Below, piece after piece: positions 12,244-25,397 of a DNA stretch of 64,000 bases. The translations under genes were made by a program, and so were the position numbers. The DNA lies in the NCBI GenBank assembly GCA_032718475.1, contig JAUCBJ010006790.1, positions 1 to 64,000 of the forward strand, in the 5' to 3' direction. This DNA is from Nemertoderma westbladi (taxonomy: Eukaryota; Animalia; Xenacoelomorpha). Under the pieces are notes generated by a model, which was given only the letters and a program-made list of their open reading frames with translations, was not told the DNA's origin and ran no database searches. Position 1 is the stretch's first letter, and every line of letters starts with the position of its first letter.

Positions 12244-13957
12244 CCACGAAGCTAAGGAAAATCAACTACTTTCGCTAAGAAAGATTTTCCTTAGCTGAGA
12301 TGGTCTATTCATAGTGGGCTATTTTACTTGTGTGAGGCAGATTTAGTGTTTTTTGGTCGGGGAAAAAACTAGCCTTTAAAAGTACCCTGAAATTTTGCAT
12401 GTATATACTACTCATCAAGGCGCGTCGTGTGGGATGGGTCTCATATCCAGGAAAAATCTGGTTTCCATGGCAACGGACTTAGAATAAAGTCTATGTATTT
12501 CAAGTCAATATTTATAACTCTATTTGTAGGAAAACTATAATAGATATAAACTTGGGGTTTCTCAACTCAACTATAAGGTCCATAGCAGAGCCGATTGAGG
12601 TTAAATATAAAATCCAGTTACCTTGGCAACCGGGCTAAACAGATGTTAAAATTTATAAAATGTTAATTTGAAGCCTAAGGTTAAGGTGTTATGACTTGGG
12701 ACCAACCCCTACCCCCACTATATAACTTATTCTGCGTCCGAATTTGATTGTTCTATTTTGCAGTTACCATGACAACCGCTGAAAACATATGTTTTTATAT
12801 AAAAATTACTCATTTGGACATAGACTTCGCGATAAAATTTTACGAAACTGGGAATGCGTTATTTGGACCACTAGTTCGAACTTTTAGTGAAACTCAAATC
12901 ATTCCAGAAATATATAGTTACCTTAGTAACTGTATATTAATAAAGTCTATATCATTCAAGTCTATATTCATAACTCTATTTGTAGAAAAACCACAATAGA
13001 TATAAACTTGGAGTTTCTCAACTCAACTATAAGGGCCATAGCCGAGCAGATTGAGGTAAATTAAAAAATCCTGATACCATGGCAACCAGGCTAGACGATG
13101 TAAAAATTTACAAAATGATAATTTGAAGCACAAGTTAATAGTATTATGACTTGGGACCAATACCTACCCCCACTATATGACTTATTCTGCATACGAATTG
13201 GGTTGTTATATTTTTCAGTTTCCATGGCAATCGCTGAAAACAGATGTTTTGACACAAAAATTGTTCATTTTGTACATAGACTAAACGATAACATTCCCTG
13301 AAACTGGGTATGTGTTATCTGGACTCCTATTTGGAACTTTCTGAAAAACTCAAAACTTCTAGAAATATCTAGTTACCATGGTAACTGGAGTTTATTAAAA
13401 TCTATTACATTAAATTCTATATTATTAACTCTATTTGTACAACAACCATAATAGATCGAAACTTGAAGTTTTTCAACTCAATGATAAGGACAATAGTTGC
13501 GCTTATTGAGGTCAATTAGAAAATTTAGTTACCACGGCAACCAGACTAATGTTCAAATTTATAAAATGATTATTTAAACCATAACATTAAGATATTACGA
13601 CTTGGGACCAACCCCTACACCCACTATATCATCAATTCTGCATCCAATTAACGTTGTTATATTTATCAGTTTCCAAGACAACCTCTGCAAACTGATGTTT
13701 TAACAAAAATACATCTTTAATTTTGGACATCGACTACTCAATGAAACTTCCTTGAAGTCAATTTGTGTCACCTGGAACCACAAACTTGATCTTAATGTAA
13801 AACAGAGCAGTTCTAGAAAACTCCAGTTGCCATGGTAATGGGAGTTTAATTAAGACATATGACTTTTAACTAGGTAAACCAATGAACTGATGAGTCAAAG
13901 TGTGTTTAATTTTCCTTAGCTTCGTGGTTGCATTTCCTTAAGGAAATGCCTTTCTAG
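12244..13957 (+). mobile_element. Helitron/Helentron-like non-autonomous element with three ~456-bp internal tandem units
   Basis: Inverted repeat CCACGAAGCTAAGGAAAAT (12244) / ATTTTCCTTAGCTTCGTGG (~13909-13927); hairpin GCATTTCC-TTAA-GGAAATGC (13930-13949), then CTAG; unit anchors at ~12520, 12976, 13431. Confidence 0.62.
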
Positions 13958-16830
13958 TTAGATTATTACAACAACATATCCATTGGGTAAGAAAGTGGAG
14001 GAGAGCCAGCCCGGCTCTTAATTTTTTACTTTATATTACGCGATCAATTTTCACTCATCTCGTCATGAACCCAACATGTATGTAACCTTTTGTTAAATTT
14101 GTTGGCTATGCGTTTGCGGTTGTTTGGGCGGTGTGTGGTAGGCCTACACTTTTCACACTTACATATTTTGGTTGTGAAATGTTACAGGGCATAGCGATCT
14201 GAGATATTTCATTTATATTTTATTATGAGAGGAAGAAGAACATACAACGTTATTTACTATATATGTAACAAAATAATTGTTTTCGGGTTTAACTTGGAAG
14301 CCTCCCCAAATAGTTGATATACAATTATATTTAAAATTATTTCCATGGTAATGGTCATTCACCCGTCTTTAATTAGAAATTTGTTTGCATGAAAGACAGT
14401 TTAGTTTAGTTTTTACTGATTTATTATCTCTTATCTGACTGGGGTAATAATAAAGGATAGTATAAATGGAAGCAAAGTGTGACAGTAACAAATGTTTCCC
14501 CGTCACCCTAGCATGTCTTAAGTATATGATATATCAAAGGGGGAAGTTTGGATTCACTGCATAAATGCAGTTCACCAAACTTCCCCCGAATGCACACTGT
14601 AACTTTCCCCTTCCCCCAAATATCCACTGTTGAATTAATTTGAAGCGATATAATAAGTACAAAATTGTGCGAGTTTTTAATTGTGTGGTCCATTTGTTAT
14701 TTGATCTCTATTTATTATTTAAAGTGCATTTAATATCACACTGGTTTTTAGAATATTATACTATACAACCTTATGTTTTATTAATTTACCCAATCGAAGC
14801 CTCATAAGGGCCGGTAATTTGTACGCATATCCCCTAATGCGCTCAGTAAGGTCCAAACAACATATTAATATGAAAATAAAGTATCTGCAAAGAAAATAAC
14901 CCAATACTATATAATTTGACCTTATTAAAAAATTTGCACTTTTGCACACTTATTTGTACAAATGCACTTTAGCAGATCGTAATGGTGGCTCTTATTTAAC
15001 AAACTTATGTTTATCCTCTACCGATCTACGATTTCGTATGATCAAGTGTCAGTCGCTAAAAGTGTCAAAAATCCAATTTAATAAATCTGGATTTGCGATT
15101 TTGGACCATATTCATGGACATTTTAAGTCACTTTATAGACATAAAAAGTTAAACAAATGTTACGATTATAGTTAGAAATCATTCCAAACTACATTTTAAT
15201 CCAAAAAATAACATTCTACGATGAATAGAACTGGAAATAGTAGTGTTTGAAATATCAAAAAATGTTCACTATTTAAGTGCATTTTCACTAAGTGCACATA
15301 AGTCTTTTCCCAAGTTTTATCCTATTTCACACACTACAATCTATCCTCTATCCAATGAAAAAAGTTTCCGATCAAACGGCCCAGTAGAACCGAAGTTATT
15401 GATGTTTAAAAATAGTCACTCGAAAATTTCAAATTCTCTTGGTCACATAGTCTAGTGGTTATCAATCACTTTAATGAAACCTAAGTTCGCGGGTTCGAAA
15501 TCCAATATTGACCATTCTTAATTTTTTGCAAAAAAAATTATTTTTATTTTTTCACTAAAATCGCTCTAACTTCGGTTCTGGTGGTCCAAATTCAATAAAA
15601 TTGGTATATTCTTTGCCGTAATTTTTTTCTTAATCTTTTGAGAAGGGGTTATTTTTGGCCCCAAAAAAATTAAAAAAAAGGGCCAAAATAACGCGATATT
15701 TTTCGACCCTTAAAATTCGTAATTTTGATTATATATGTTAAGATAAAAGATAGCGGAGTTAATTTGATACTTTTTACAGGTACAGTACTTTTGGCGCAAT
15801 ACGCTAAATTATAATGGAGTAGCAATTTGTTAAAAAAAAAATTTTTCGTCCCTTTTTATAAATATTAAATTTCACACGATCGCCTGCCGCTCCAGTTGTA
15901 TAATAGCTTCGGCGCTGTAATTAACGCTGTTAGATAGATAATTTAACGCACTATAAGTCTGTGTAAACAAATCTCCCCTAAGTTAAGTTGTTTTCGAGCT
16001 AGACGATTTCCCTGGAAGCAAGTTTGAAGCGCGAAATTATAATTTTGTCCCTCATTTTTTTAATATCATCCTTGGAGCAAAACCGATAGCATATTTGAAT
16101 TCCCCGTATGGATATTGACTGTATAGAATGTACCTTAACCAACTAAAGTTAAAAATAAAAAATTATTCGATAAAAACTACTTTACAAATTCTGGCCCTTT
16201 TTGGCCCCTATTGCCGACATATTTTTTGTACCCCCATTCGATAGGAACGTAGCCCCAATGGTCTTCTACGAATTTCATAAAAGAATTAGTGGATTCCTAC
16301 CCGCGTTGTCGAATTAAACATTTCGGAAATAAGTTTTACAAAAAAGACGGACAAAAACGTAGAAATTTACGGCCCCTTTTTCCACCCGAAATTTTAATAA
16401 ATATCTTACCCCCATTCGATATGAAGGTAGTACCACTCTTCCCCTTTCCAACCGCGTTACTTTCGTCCCCGTACGATTAATATTAGCCGAGTTGTAGCGG
16501 ATCCCGCAAAGTCATTTTGTCCGTTTTTTCAACTTTGACGGACAATTTCGGGAAAAAGGCGTGGTAATCTTTTTTGAAAAAAAAAACGAATTCACTAATT
16601 AATCCCTTCTATCGTATCCCGGCGTCGGCTAAGCAATAACCTAGGGTTTTTTCGAGCTACTGTAGAGCGCCTTTCAAAAAAAATTTAAAATCGTCGAAAA
16701 AATGGCGGTTTTTTTGTCCGCTTTTAGACCCCACTTTTTAATTATTGTGGAGAAATCTATATGATAAATTTATTTATATTAATTTCTGAAATAGAATTAC
16801 TTGGAACTTTGACTGGGATGGGGGGGGGCA

Positions 16831-18377
16831 ATGAGGAATGGTCCGCGGCGTACAAATAAAAGGTATGGAAACACAGGGACCATTATAAATAAAACGATAG
16901 AAAGACTCGTCCAGGAAGCAGGTTCCTTAGGAGACCCACAAAATATCCAGGAGTTCTCAGCATTTCAAAGCTGGGTGAGGGGAGCCAACAACTCGATCAC
17001 GCATCCCCACCCCAGAACCCCGTTTTCTTCAACCCGTCAGTACGATGGCTATCTACATGTCGGAAGAAGAAGATGAGGATGACGATGATTTGGAAACGGC
17101 CGAAGAATGGGCCTGTTTCTTTGCTAACTGGGCCCCAAAACGAGAGAGAATCCCAGAAACTTTCTTATGTATATCCTGCAGCGAGATCCACACTGTCGAA
17201 TTCTGTCAAAAGTTCAAGTATGCAGACTTGATACCCCGCTTCCAAACCATCATGAAGCATCAAGGATGTTTCAAATGTTTGGGAACAGGTCATTACATGC
17301 GAGAGTGTGAAAAAAGATCATATTGCGCCATTTGTAGCGACAATCAACACCACACGTTATTACAAATCCCTGCAAATTTCGACTTCTCTACTCTCCCTTT
17401 TAGAGGGGAAATGAGGAGGGCAAGAAGCACTAAACAACATTAAATCTGGCAAGCCATCATACCACTCCGCATCCAAGGAAGGGGCAAAGAGAAATATAGA
17501 ACTTTATAACTATAGACCAATAAAATATATCACCAATGTTTCACATGTGGTAAACATGGTTCGAAAAAACTATGCGGTATTCGCAAAGGTGATCTCCATC
17601 CGGATCGCCCGACAGTTCGACTAATAGATCGCTAATGACTCTCGCGTTTTTGGACAATGGATCTGATGGAACTATTGTTGACAAAGAGTTTATCAAACAG
17701 CTCGGAATACAGTACGAACCTTACAAGAGGCTGATACAAACGATCAGCGACCATAGAGAAGTCGAATCTGGTGAGGTAGAGCTACAGATTGGCGGTCTAA
17801 TGCGTGGATATGAGGGCGTGAACCTCACAATACGAAATGCATTAGTTCATACAGATCTATGTGTACACTTTCGACAATCGGGGGACTTCGCGTCACTTAT
17901 ACAATTAGACAGAGCCGATGTGGACCTTTATTGTCCAAAGTTGGACGTAAATAAAATCAGCATTCTGATTGGACTCGACACACCAGTATTCCACATACCC
18001 ACAGGCGATATAGCCAGGTCCATCAGACCAAACGATGGGTTCTACGCCGAAAGGACAGTTTTGGGATGGACTCTATGTGGGATCAAAGAGGAAACTGTCG
18101 ACACATATACATATCTCCCAAAATGCCAGATTGAGAATAAACTGGTTAACATTAGACATTGTTTAACGACATTCGAAAGTCAGGATCTATTCCTAGAATC
18201 AGAAAGGACCCAGAAGGAGATGACGAGGTGCTTCAATTTCGAAACCCAGGAATTCGCGGAAAGGGATGAAGCACTGTCCGAGGAAGATCGATTCTGCATG
18301 AAACTCATGGACCAAGCCGAATTCAAGGATGGACATTGGAGATCTCCGATGCTGTGGAAAGACCCGGACAAAGTAAT
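16831..18377 (+). pseudogene. Old Bel/Pao retrotransposon C, 5' part: gag zinc knuckles, aspartic protease, pre-RT region
   Basis: CISCSEIH..C / CFKCLGTGH...C / CAICSDNQHHTLL; AFLDNGS; ERTVLGW; GHWRSPMLWKDPDK; the frame resumes at 44083. Confidence 0.85.
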
Positions 18378-19456
18378 TGTTCGCGCTTTTAAGACCTTTG
18401 GCAGTTTAACCCGCCAAATCTATATGTCTTCTAGGTTATAAATCTACTTTAGCCTAGGACAAGTATTCAACACCTATAATAATTCTAACATTAGCCGAAG
18501 CCAGTCTGTGCGCGACCATTCACCCGCTGGATATACCCGGGAGACTGGATTCGGATGCTTTAATTTGATTGCGGTGCAGGCCTACCGTACTATTCGATTG
18601 ATCGTTAATATATAATCTCTGACAAATATTATTCACTTTCGGGAAATATTAGCAGTTCCTTTAGGACGTGGCGCTCTATCTATTTAAACAGAGCTATGAC
18701 TTACACTATACACAACGGTATGTCTTATAGATCACCAAAGTGCATTCTTTAGGAAATGCTTTGTTACTCGGTCAAGCACACACAGACTATTGCACATAAC
18801 TGCACACTGAATTGCCGATATTCACTGATTTTAATCATATATAAAGAGAATAACAACCGACATTTGTAGGGCCTATTAAGTAGCATTGAACTCATTACAA
18901 ACCACGATAATGTATGTCGCAAATTGTTATATGTAACCGGTCTCTCTAACCTTAGTGTATCAAGAAGATTGGGGTTTCGGATCGTTATCAATATTCTTCC
19001 CAATAATAATATGTAAATGAACGATACAATTAACAACACAGTAAATAGCAGTAAATAATGCGGCGAAAAGCAGTTTACGTCAGGGTGCTTAATCAGGTGC
19101 CTGACAAGCAAGAGTACTTAACCAAGATAACAGTTTGATGATCTTATAATTAAAGACGCTCTAATGTTAGAAAACATTCCACGGCCGGTGTTCTTAGGCA
19201 TGGGGGAAACGTCAGTACTGAATCATGGGATTCTGCTGTACAGCTTTTACACAAAGGGAAAATCTCTGATTGGTCGAACTGACGTGGACACAGCTGATAG
19301 ATGTCGTCATTTGAGCTGAGCAGAACAAAGAACCAAGGCTCCGTGCAGAGGCTCCACGTGTACAGCTCAGCTATTAGCTGTCGTCATAGTAACTACACTG
19401 TTTCAAGAGTATTTCGGCTTTTGCGTCATAGAATTGCTAATTATGTCCGCTAAAGT
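18378..19456 (-). repeat. A1 3' LTR, truncated (lacks ~135 bp present in the other copy)
   Basis: Near-identical to 42866-43944. Confidence 0.88.
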
Positions 19457-19501
19457 CTTCTACAATTGGAGGGAAACATTGTATGATTTCCCTTGGAGCG
19501 G

Positions 19502-21693
19502 TGTTACGGTATATGGCGCTGTATCCATATTATTAGTCATCATGCAGTATGTAATATTAGTCCGTTATGCAGTATGCAATATTAGTCCGTTATACTGTAC
19601 GTAATATTAGTCCATTGTGCAGCATGATATTTTAGATAAGGCATAATAACGCAGTGGTATTTAGGTAGGGAAATCAAAACGCCCATATATTTGAAACCAT
19701 CCATTTTGTATAGTATGTAGCCCTACCTACGTAATTTTGTATTAGGATATATGTAGATAGTTCCAGGGTAGCGAGTTTATTCGGACCCTGGATTTTGTGC
19801 TTGCTGATATTAGTTTGATAGGGCTAGCATATAGGGACGCCGTCCTGGCCATTCAGCAGCCAGAGACGTGAACCATTACCATATATGGTAATAATTTGAG
19901 CAATAGGGCTACAATCCGGCCTCCTTATTGGATTAACTGCTTCCAGGTTGGTCTAATGCTAGCATGGACTGGAGAGCCAATAGGAGAGCGATTGAGTCAC
20001 CCTATTGCATCATCCCATCCGGATCACCTATAAATTGGCGGTGTGCCGGTAGAGCCTATCAATCGATTCAACCTTCACTGCTGTTGTACTTGCTGAGCTG
20101 TCTCTATTCAATTTTGACGGATTTTAGAGTATTTTTGCAATTTGATTAATTTCTTGAAATGATTTGCTAGTGCGATTACTCTTGCTTGTGTTTCTCAATT
20201 AATTCCTTCGATTACTGCTAATTACAACTGAACTATGATTTCTACTTTTGATTAATGGTTCTATGTGATTCTTTCCTGCGCAATAATCCTAAGGGATTTC
20301 TGAGACTGTCAGACTTTGTGATTTGCATGCGCCGCTACGGTAGCTATTAGCGTAATGGAGGGCTAAGGCGCCAGCGGGCGGTGGGCACATCGGGGGGTTG
20401 GGCGACTAAGGGAGAGCGGAGGATTCAAAGCGAGCAACGCTGGCGTGGGGTCACCGTTGCGGTCGGGAAGTTAACGCTGTGGTACGCAGACCAATCGCCG
20501 GTACGGTAATTAGGGGGCTGATGATCCAGGTTTCGTCTCTATTTAGTATTAGGGGGGCAGGAATCAGGTTAGTTAGGAGTCCTATATGTACCCGGGAGAG
20601 GCCTGCACGTATCATAACGTTTCGAACGTTGAGCGTGTAGTACGAATAGTGAGTCGCATAATTGTGGGCTATACAGTAGTTAACTGCATAATTGCGAACT
20701 GTGATTGCTGACGCTGATTGGTGTGTTACTGAAGTGTGCCTATGATTGTGAATGTTTAGGTAGGCGCTCTTTTCTCTTTGATTGATTTCTATTTCTTAGT
20801 TACAACAATTAGTTACTGATTAGGTCAAAGTAATACGGCAATTTAGGCTATTACTAGCGAAACCTGTTGCGTGATAAATTAGAATTACGTATTCTGGAAC
20901 TCTTAGTAATTAGTACGCTGTTAAATATTTGTGACTGTAATTGATTAGTAAAATTAAGAATTAGTACGCAGCATAGCGGAGAGTAGCTAAAGTAATAATT
21001 AAGAGTACTGTAAACTATTCACGCTGAGCGGTTATTTGCATTAGCGGACAATCAGCTAGAACGCACTATTCGGTACGCACGAAACGCTAGTGATTTGCTG
21101 GCCTAAAGCCAGCTGCAGGCAATTTTAGACCCAGAGTGGTACTATCCACGAGAGACAATTACTGTACCATTTTTGATATTTTAAATATTCTCGCATTCAC
21201 ACATTACGTTAGAGAAACCCCCAGTATTCGCGATTAGAAAAGACGTAGGTAATAGCGTGCTTTAATAGTGATAGAATTAGGCGTAAGAATACTCTGAGTG
21301 CAAGGCCTCTCGCACTCGTCTTAAGTAAGCTTAGGGAGCCGACTCGGGTTTATTGTTTTGGTTATTCCTGCGTGGCTCATAGATTCGAACAGTTAGCTCT
21401 CTATTGAGCAATCGGTAGAGAAAGGAACAAGCGATTTTGCAGGAGTTGTGTAAAATTAGTAAATATATTAGCGGACGGCAGATTAGCGCCATCCAACGGT
21501 AAGTAGCGGTTTTGTATTTAGCAACCTTTACAATTTAGTAATATCACGCTCCTGATCCCCTTTACTTAACAGTAGAGCAGTCTTTGTGTCTTATTGGTTA
21601 GGCGAGAGCTCATTAGGTTGGCAGAAGGATATTAACGGGTATTGGTCTGTTCAACAGTTCTGCTGTTAGTATAGAGGTCGCGGTTGTTTATCA
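19502..21693 (+). repeat. Element B upstream LTR
   Basis: TGTTACGG...TTTATCA; identical to 39682-41873 apart from ~3 substitutions noticed; CCAAT (~19977) and TATAAA (~20029) motifs. Confidence 0.85.
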
Positions 21694-22969
21694 GTGATAC
21701 GTGTTATTGGCTGTTGCTTGCAGCGGTCAATAGAGTATTCTTAGGCTGATAGTAGTATCATAGTATTAGGCAATAAATTAGAGCACGTGATCGTCTGCTG
21801 TAGGCTATAGGCTAGCGTACAGTAAGACATTGAGTATATTCCTTTAGGCTGTTAGTTTAGATTACTGTATTCACTGGCTGCGTACACTAGTACAGTAGTA
21901 CATTAGGCTGATTGCTGTTACTGCGTACGGTAGAAGGGACATTTGTTTTGCCGTACCACACACAGTATCATTAGGCTGTTAGGTTGGTGTACTGTTTTAC
22001 TTACTGTACTGCATACAGTGGATGTACGGTAGTGCGTTTTTGCTAATTGCGAATACAGCAGTTCCTTAGGCCTTAGGGCAAACTGTAATTAGTAAGTTTT
22101 TTGAAAATTATTAGCTAGGTTTGCGAGAATTCAGTTTCGGTCAAAATTATTTTGTAAAATTCTAGAGTTTTGTACCGGTATGTTAGGTAACCGCTTAGTT
22201 ATTTTATACCATCTGGAGATACATGGCAAGACGGGACTTCTGAGTTTGGGGTTCGTGTGGGTCTGCGGGTTCGGTTTGCAATCAGCGAAGGGCCTGAATC
22301 TTTGGACGCGGACGTGGAATCTCACAGCAAACAAGGTTAGTTGTTACACACAAATCCGGGGTTAAAACAACTGTGCAATGGTCTTCTATGGGAAATGTTG
22401 TTGTTTTCCCTAGGGCAAAACAACAGAATTTTAGCAAAGCAACTGTCAGACTCATGATTTACCCAAGGTGGCTGTTATAAAGCCCGAGGCGAAGCCGAGG
22501 GTTTATAACATTCACCGAGGGTAAATCTTTGTTACAGTACATATCATTATTGAAACTTTAGAATACGCTACCAGGCTACCGGCTGACCGGTACCTAAGCT
22601 GCCCTGTATATCCTGTAAGGCTGTAAGGGTAAGCTGGTACAGTGGTATGGCTGTATGGCAGTGTGGTGAGGTATTGTACTGCAGTTTGCAGTTCCTGAGT
22701 TCTGAATTCAACATTATGATATTTCCGTACTGCAGTTGCAGTACTGATACCTAAAGTCAGACTGCGTGTGTTTGATTGGTATAGGCGGTAGGGTAGTTGT
22801 GTGTACATAATTCTAGACCAGTAGCAGAGTAGAAATATGTACATACCGGTACCTGTCACAGTGTCACCTGTACTGCAGTACTGCTGTGCCATTTAGTGGA
22901 TACTAACTAAACTAACCTGTTACCTCTGCCATCCTCCTATATACTGATTCTATATAATACTGAAACTGA

Positions 22970-24409
22970 ATGGATATGGATGATTTAGACCTTTTGTCTT
23001 TTTTTGCTGAGTTTGATACCGGTAGTCCTAGAGAACCTGCACCTGAGATGACCAGTACGGCGGCGACAGGAAATCTGATACGTGCAAACTTGTTGAGAAT
23101 TGAGGAATCGGAAGATGGTAGCGTTAAAGGTTGTCCATTGGTGGCTTCATCCCCAGTAAATCCATGTCTCTCTCAGGAGGATACTAGCGACAATGATTAT
23201 ATTATGAATAATAGGAATCAACACACGAAAGACAATACAAAAACAGCTTTTAATTCCTTTAATACTTTTCTAAATGCAATTAAATGTGAGGTTCCGGTTG
23301 ATGCGATGGCCCATGCAGAGTTGGCACACTATTTTAATAGCTTCCTAAAGCGGTACAAGAAGCAGAATGGTGAACGTCTCGAAACAACGTCATTGCACAG
23401 TTACTATTATGGCTGTCTCCGCCATTTTAAGGATCTGGGACGGGGAGATGTACTTCAACTGACTGAGTTTAAAGATACGAAAGACATATTTCGTGTTCGA
23501 ATGGAGCAATTAAAGAAATCCGGAAAGGGCAATTTGCCTAACGCGAGTGATGCTTTTGAAGAGAGGGACTTTCAGGTTTTTAAAGATAAAAACCTTATTG
23601 GATCTTCAACGCCAAAGATGCTCAGTGAAACACTCTATTTGTTGTTTGTGCACCACTTTGGTACACGGCCCGGTCACGAAATGCGTGATGTTAAGGTTGG
23701 CGACGTTGTAAAGCATTACTCCATACATGATGAGTTGTATTTCCTAACCTTAGTCGAGCGTGATACTAAAACACGTCGTGGCTCTAGCGGCCCTAGACAC
23801 TACCAGATCAAGGCGTTTGAAAACAAGGACGATCGCGACTGTTGTATTGTTACTCTGCATGATTTATATATGAAGCACAGGTTCCCCGAAGGCAATGTAG
23901 ATAGTGCATCGGAGTCTCCATACTGGGTTCGGCCAAAACAAGATGTACCTTCAGATGGGGGTAACTGGTTTTCCATTCAACCAATTGGCAAGAATTCATT
24001 CAGCACATTATTCCATAACTTGGTTTCAACGGCTGGAATTAACAAAGACGGACGCAAATTAACCCCAATGAGTTGCCGAAAAACGGCAGCAACGGCCTTG
24101 GTGAAGGGTGGCCAACCAGTCAATTATGTCCAAAGCCATCTTGGACATAAACGCCTTAGTACTACCTCAGCCTATCTTAAACCAACTTCATCCGACCAGG
24201 TGAAGATTAGCGGCACGTTAAACAAGTATCTTTCTGGAACAAGCAGTACTACAGGTAGTCATAACGTTAATGAATCAGGTGTCATGTTGAAACCCGGAGG
24301 GAGTATCTTTAAAGATGTTATATTCAATGCTCCTGTTCAGGTCTTTATTGGAAATGATTCTACCAAGCAGAGCGCGATCTTTACAGATGAAAACGAAAGG
24401 CCCTCCTAA
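22970..24409 (+). CDS. Tyrosine recombinase, Crypton/DUF3504-like (479 aa)
   Basis: HFGTRPGHEMR (catalytic R), ERDTKTRRG, C.V..HDLY..HR, WFSIQPIGKN, PMSCRKTAATAL (HxxR box with H->M), HLGHK and SAY (catalytic Y). Confidence 0.87.
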   Translation: MDMDDLDLLSFFAEFDTGSPREPAPEMTSTAATGNLIRANLLRIEESEDGSVKGCPLVASSPVNPCLSQEDTSDNDYIMNNRNQHTKDNTKTAFNSFNTFLNAIKCEVPVDAMAHAELAHYFNSFLKRYKKQNGERLETTSLHSYYYGCLRHFKDLGRGDVLQLTEFKDTKDIFRVRMEQLKKSGKGNLPNASDAFEERDFQVFKDKNLIGSSTPKMLSETLYLLFVHHFGTRPGHEMRDVKVGDVVKHYSIHDELYFLTLVERDTKTRRGSSGPRHYQIKAFENKDDRDCCIVTLHDLYMKHRFPEGNVDSASESPYWVRPKQDVPSDGGNWFSIQPIGKNSFSTLFHNLVSTAGINKDGRKLTPMSCRKTAATALVKGGQPVNYVQSHLGHKRLSTTSAYLKPTSSDQVKISGTLNKYLSGTSSTTGSHNVNESGVMLKPGGSIFKDVIFNAPVQVFIGNDSTKQSAIFTDENERPS

Positions 24410-25032
24410 TTTATCAAAATGTAATCTAAAGACGCGATTTTATTCTTTTTTCTAAGCTAAGATTCAAATTAACTCCCAATTTAATTTTATATTCATTATT
24501 AGCAGGGAATTTAATTTTATAATAATAATTATTAGCAGGGAATTTAATTTTATAGACCTTAGAGTTCTGTGAGATAAGACTTTATTTGTTTACGTCATTT
24601 ATTTGCACTACAGTACATAACTTGAGAATTTAAGTTAACAAATTTATATTTGATTTCGTTGCAAAGTGTACTCCTGATGTACTGGTGTAGGCCCCATAAT
24701 TTGTGCTATAAAAAAGTCAAATAAATTTGGGAATTGTATTTCATTAATGGGCTGCATTATTATTATGCAATTGATATATCTGATTTTTTTTCTTGAATTT
24801 GCGAATTGTTATTTCAGGCACCCCAAAGACTAATCCCAGAATACCTACAATGGTACAATCCCCAACATATCCTATTATCTGAGCCCGATTTTAGTCCTGG
24901 TGGTGTACAACTTTATTGCTATTTAACTATTTAACTGTCAACTTTATTTAACGCTATTTGGTGTTTTGACTAAAATACTTCGTAGAACACTACGAATCGA
25001 TAGATGCTTTGTTTATTTTGACTACGTACTAA

Positions 25033-25397
25033 CCCCCAAAATATCCATGCCCCATTTTAATACTTTACCCCCAAACAATGCCCTTTTAGAACACTATCAA
25101 TAGTTGTTTTGTTGTTTTGACTACTGTATTATCCCCCAAAATATCCATGCCCCATTTTAATACTTTACCCCCAAACAATGCCCTTTTAGAACACTATCAA
25201 TAGTTGTTTTGTTGTTTTGACTACTGTATTATCCCCCAAAATATCCATGCCCCATTTTAATACTTTACCCCCAAACAATGCCCTTTTAGAACACTATCAA
25301 TAGTTGTTTTGTTGTTTTGACTACTGTATTATCCCCCAAAATATCCATGCCCCATTTTAATACTTTACCCCCAAACAATGCCCTTTTAGAACACTAG
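25033..25397 (+). repeat. 100-bp tandem repeat, ~3.6 copies, inside the Crypton-like element
   Basis: ATATCCATGC recurs at 25041, 25141, 25241, 25341. Confidence 0.93.

Noticed and set aside
13887-13900. CTGATGAG hammerhead-like core (also at ~47253)
   Set aside because: No stem II followed by GAAA and no stem I/III partner
14780-16800. AT-rich DNA-transposon-like relics
   Set aside because: Ends and family could not be defined by eye
18764-19111. 115-aa hydrophobic ORF duplicated at 43252-43599 (likewise 48695-49012 / 60075-60392)
   Set aside because: The duplication simply reflects LTR identity; no evidence of coding
22970-24409. Prophage or bacterial integrase, or a DIRS element
   Set aside because: Eukaryotic context, Crypton/DUF3504-type motifs, and the nearby RT belongs to a DDE-integrase Bel/Pao element
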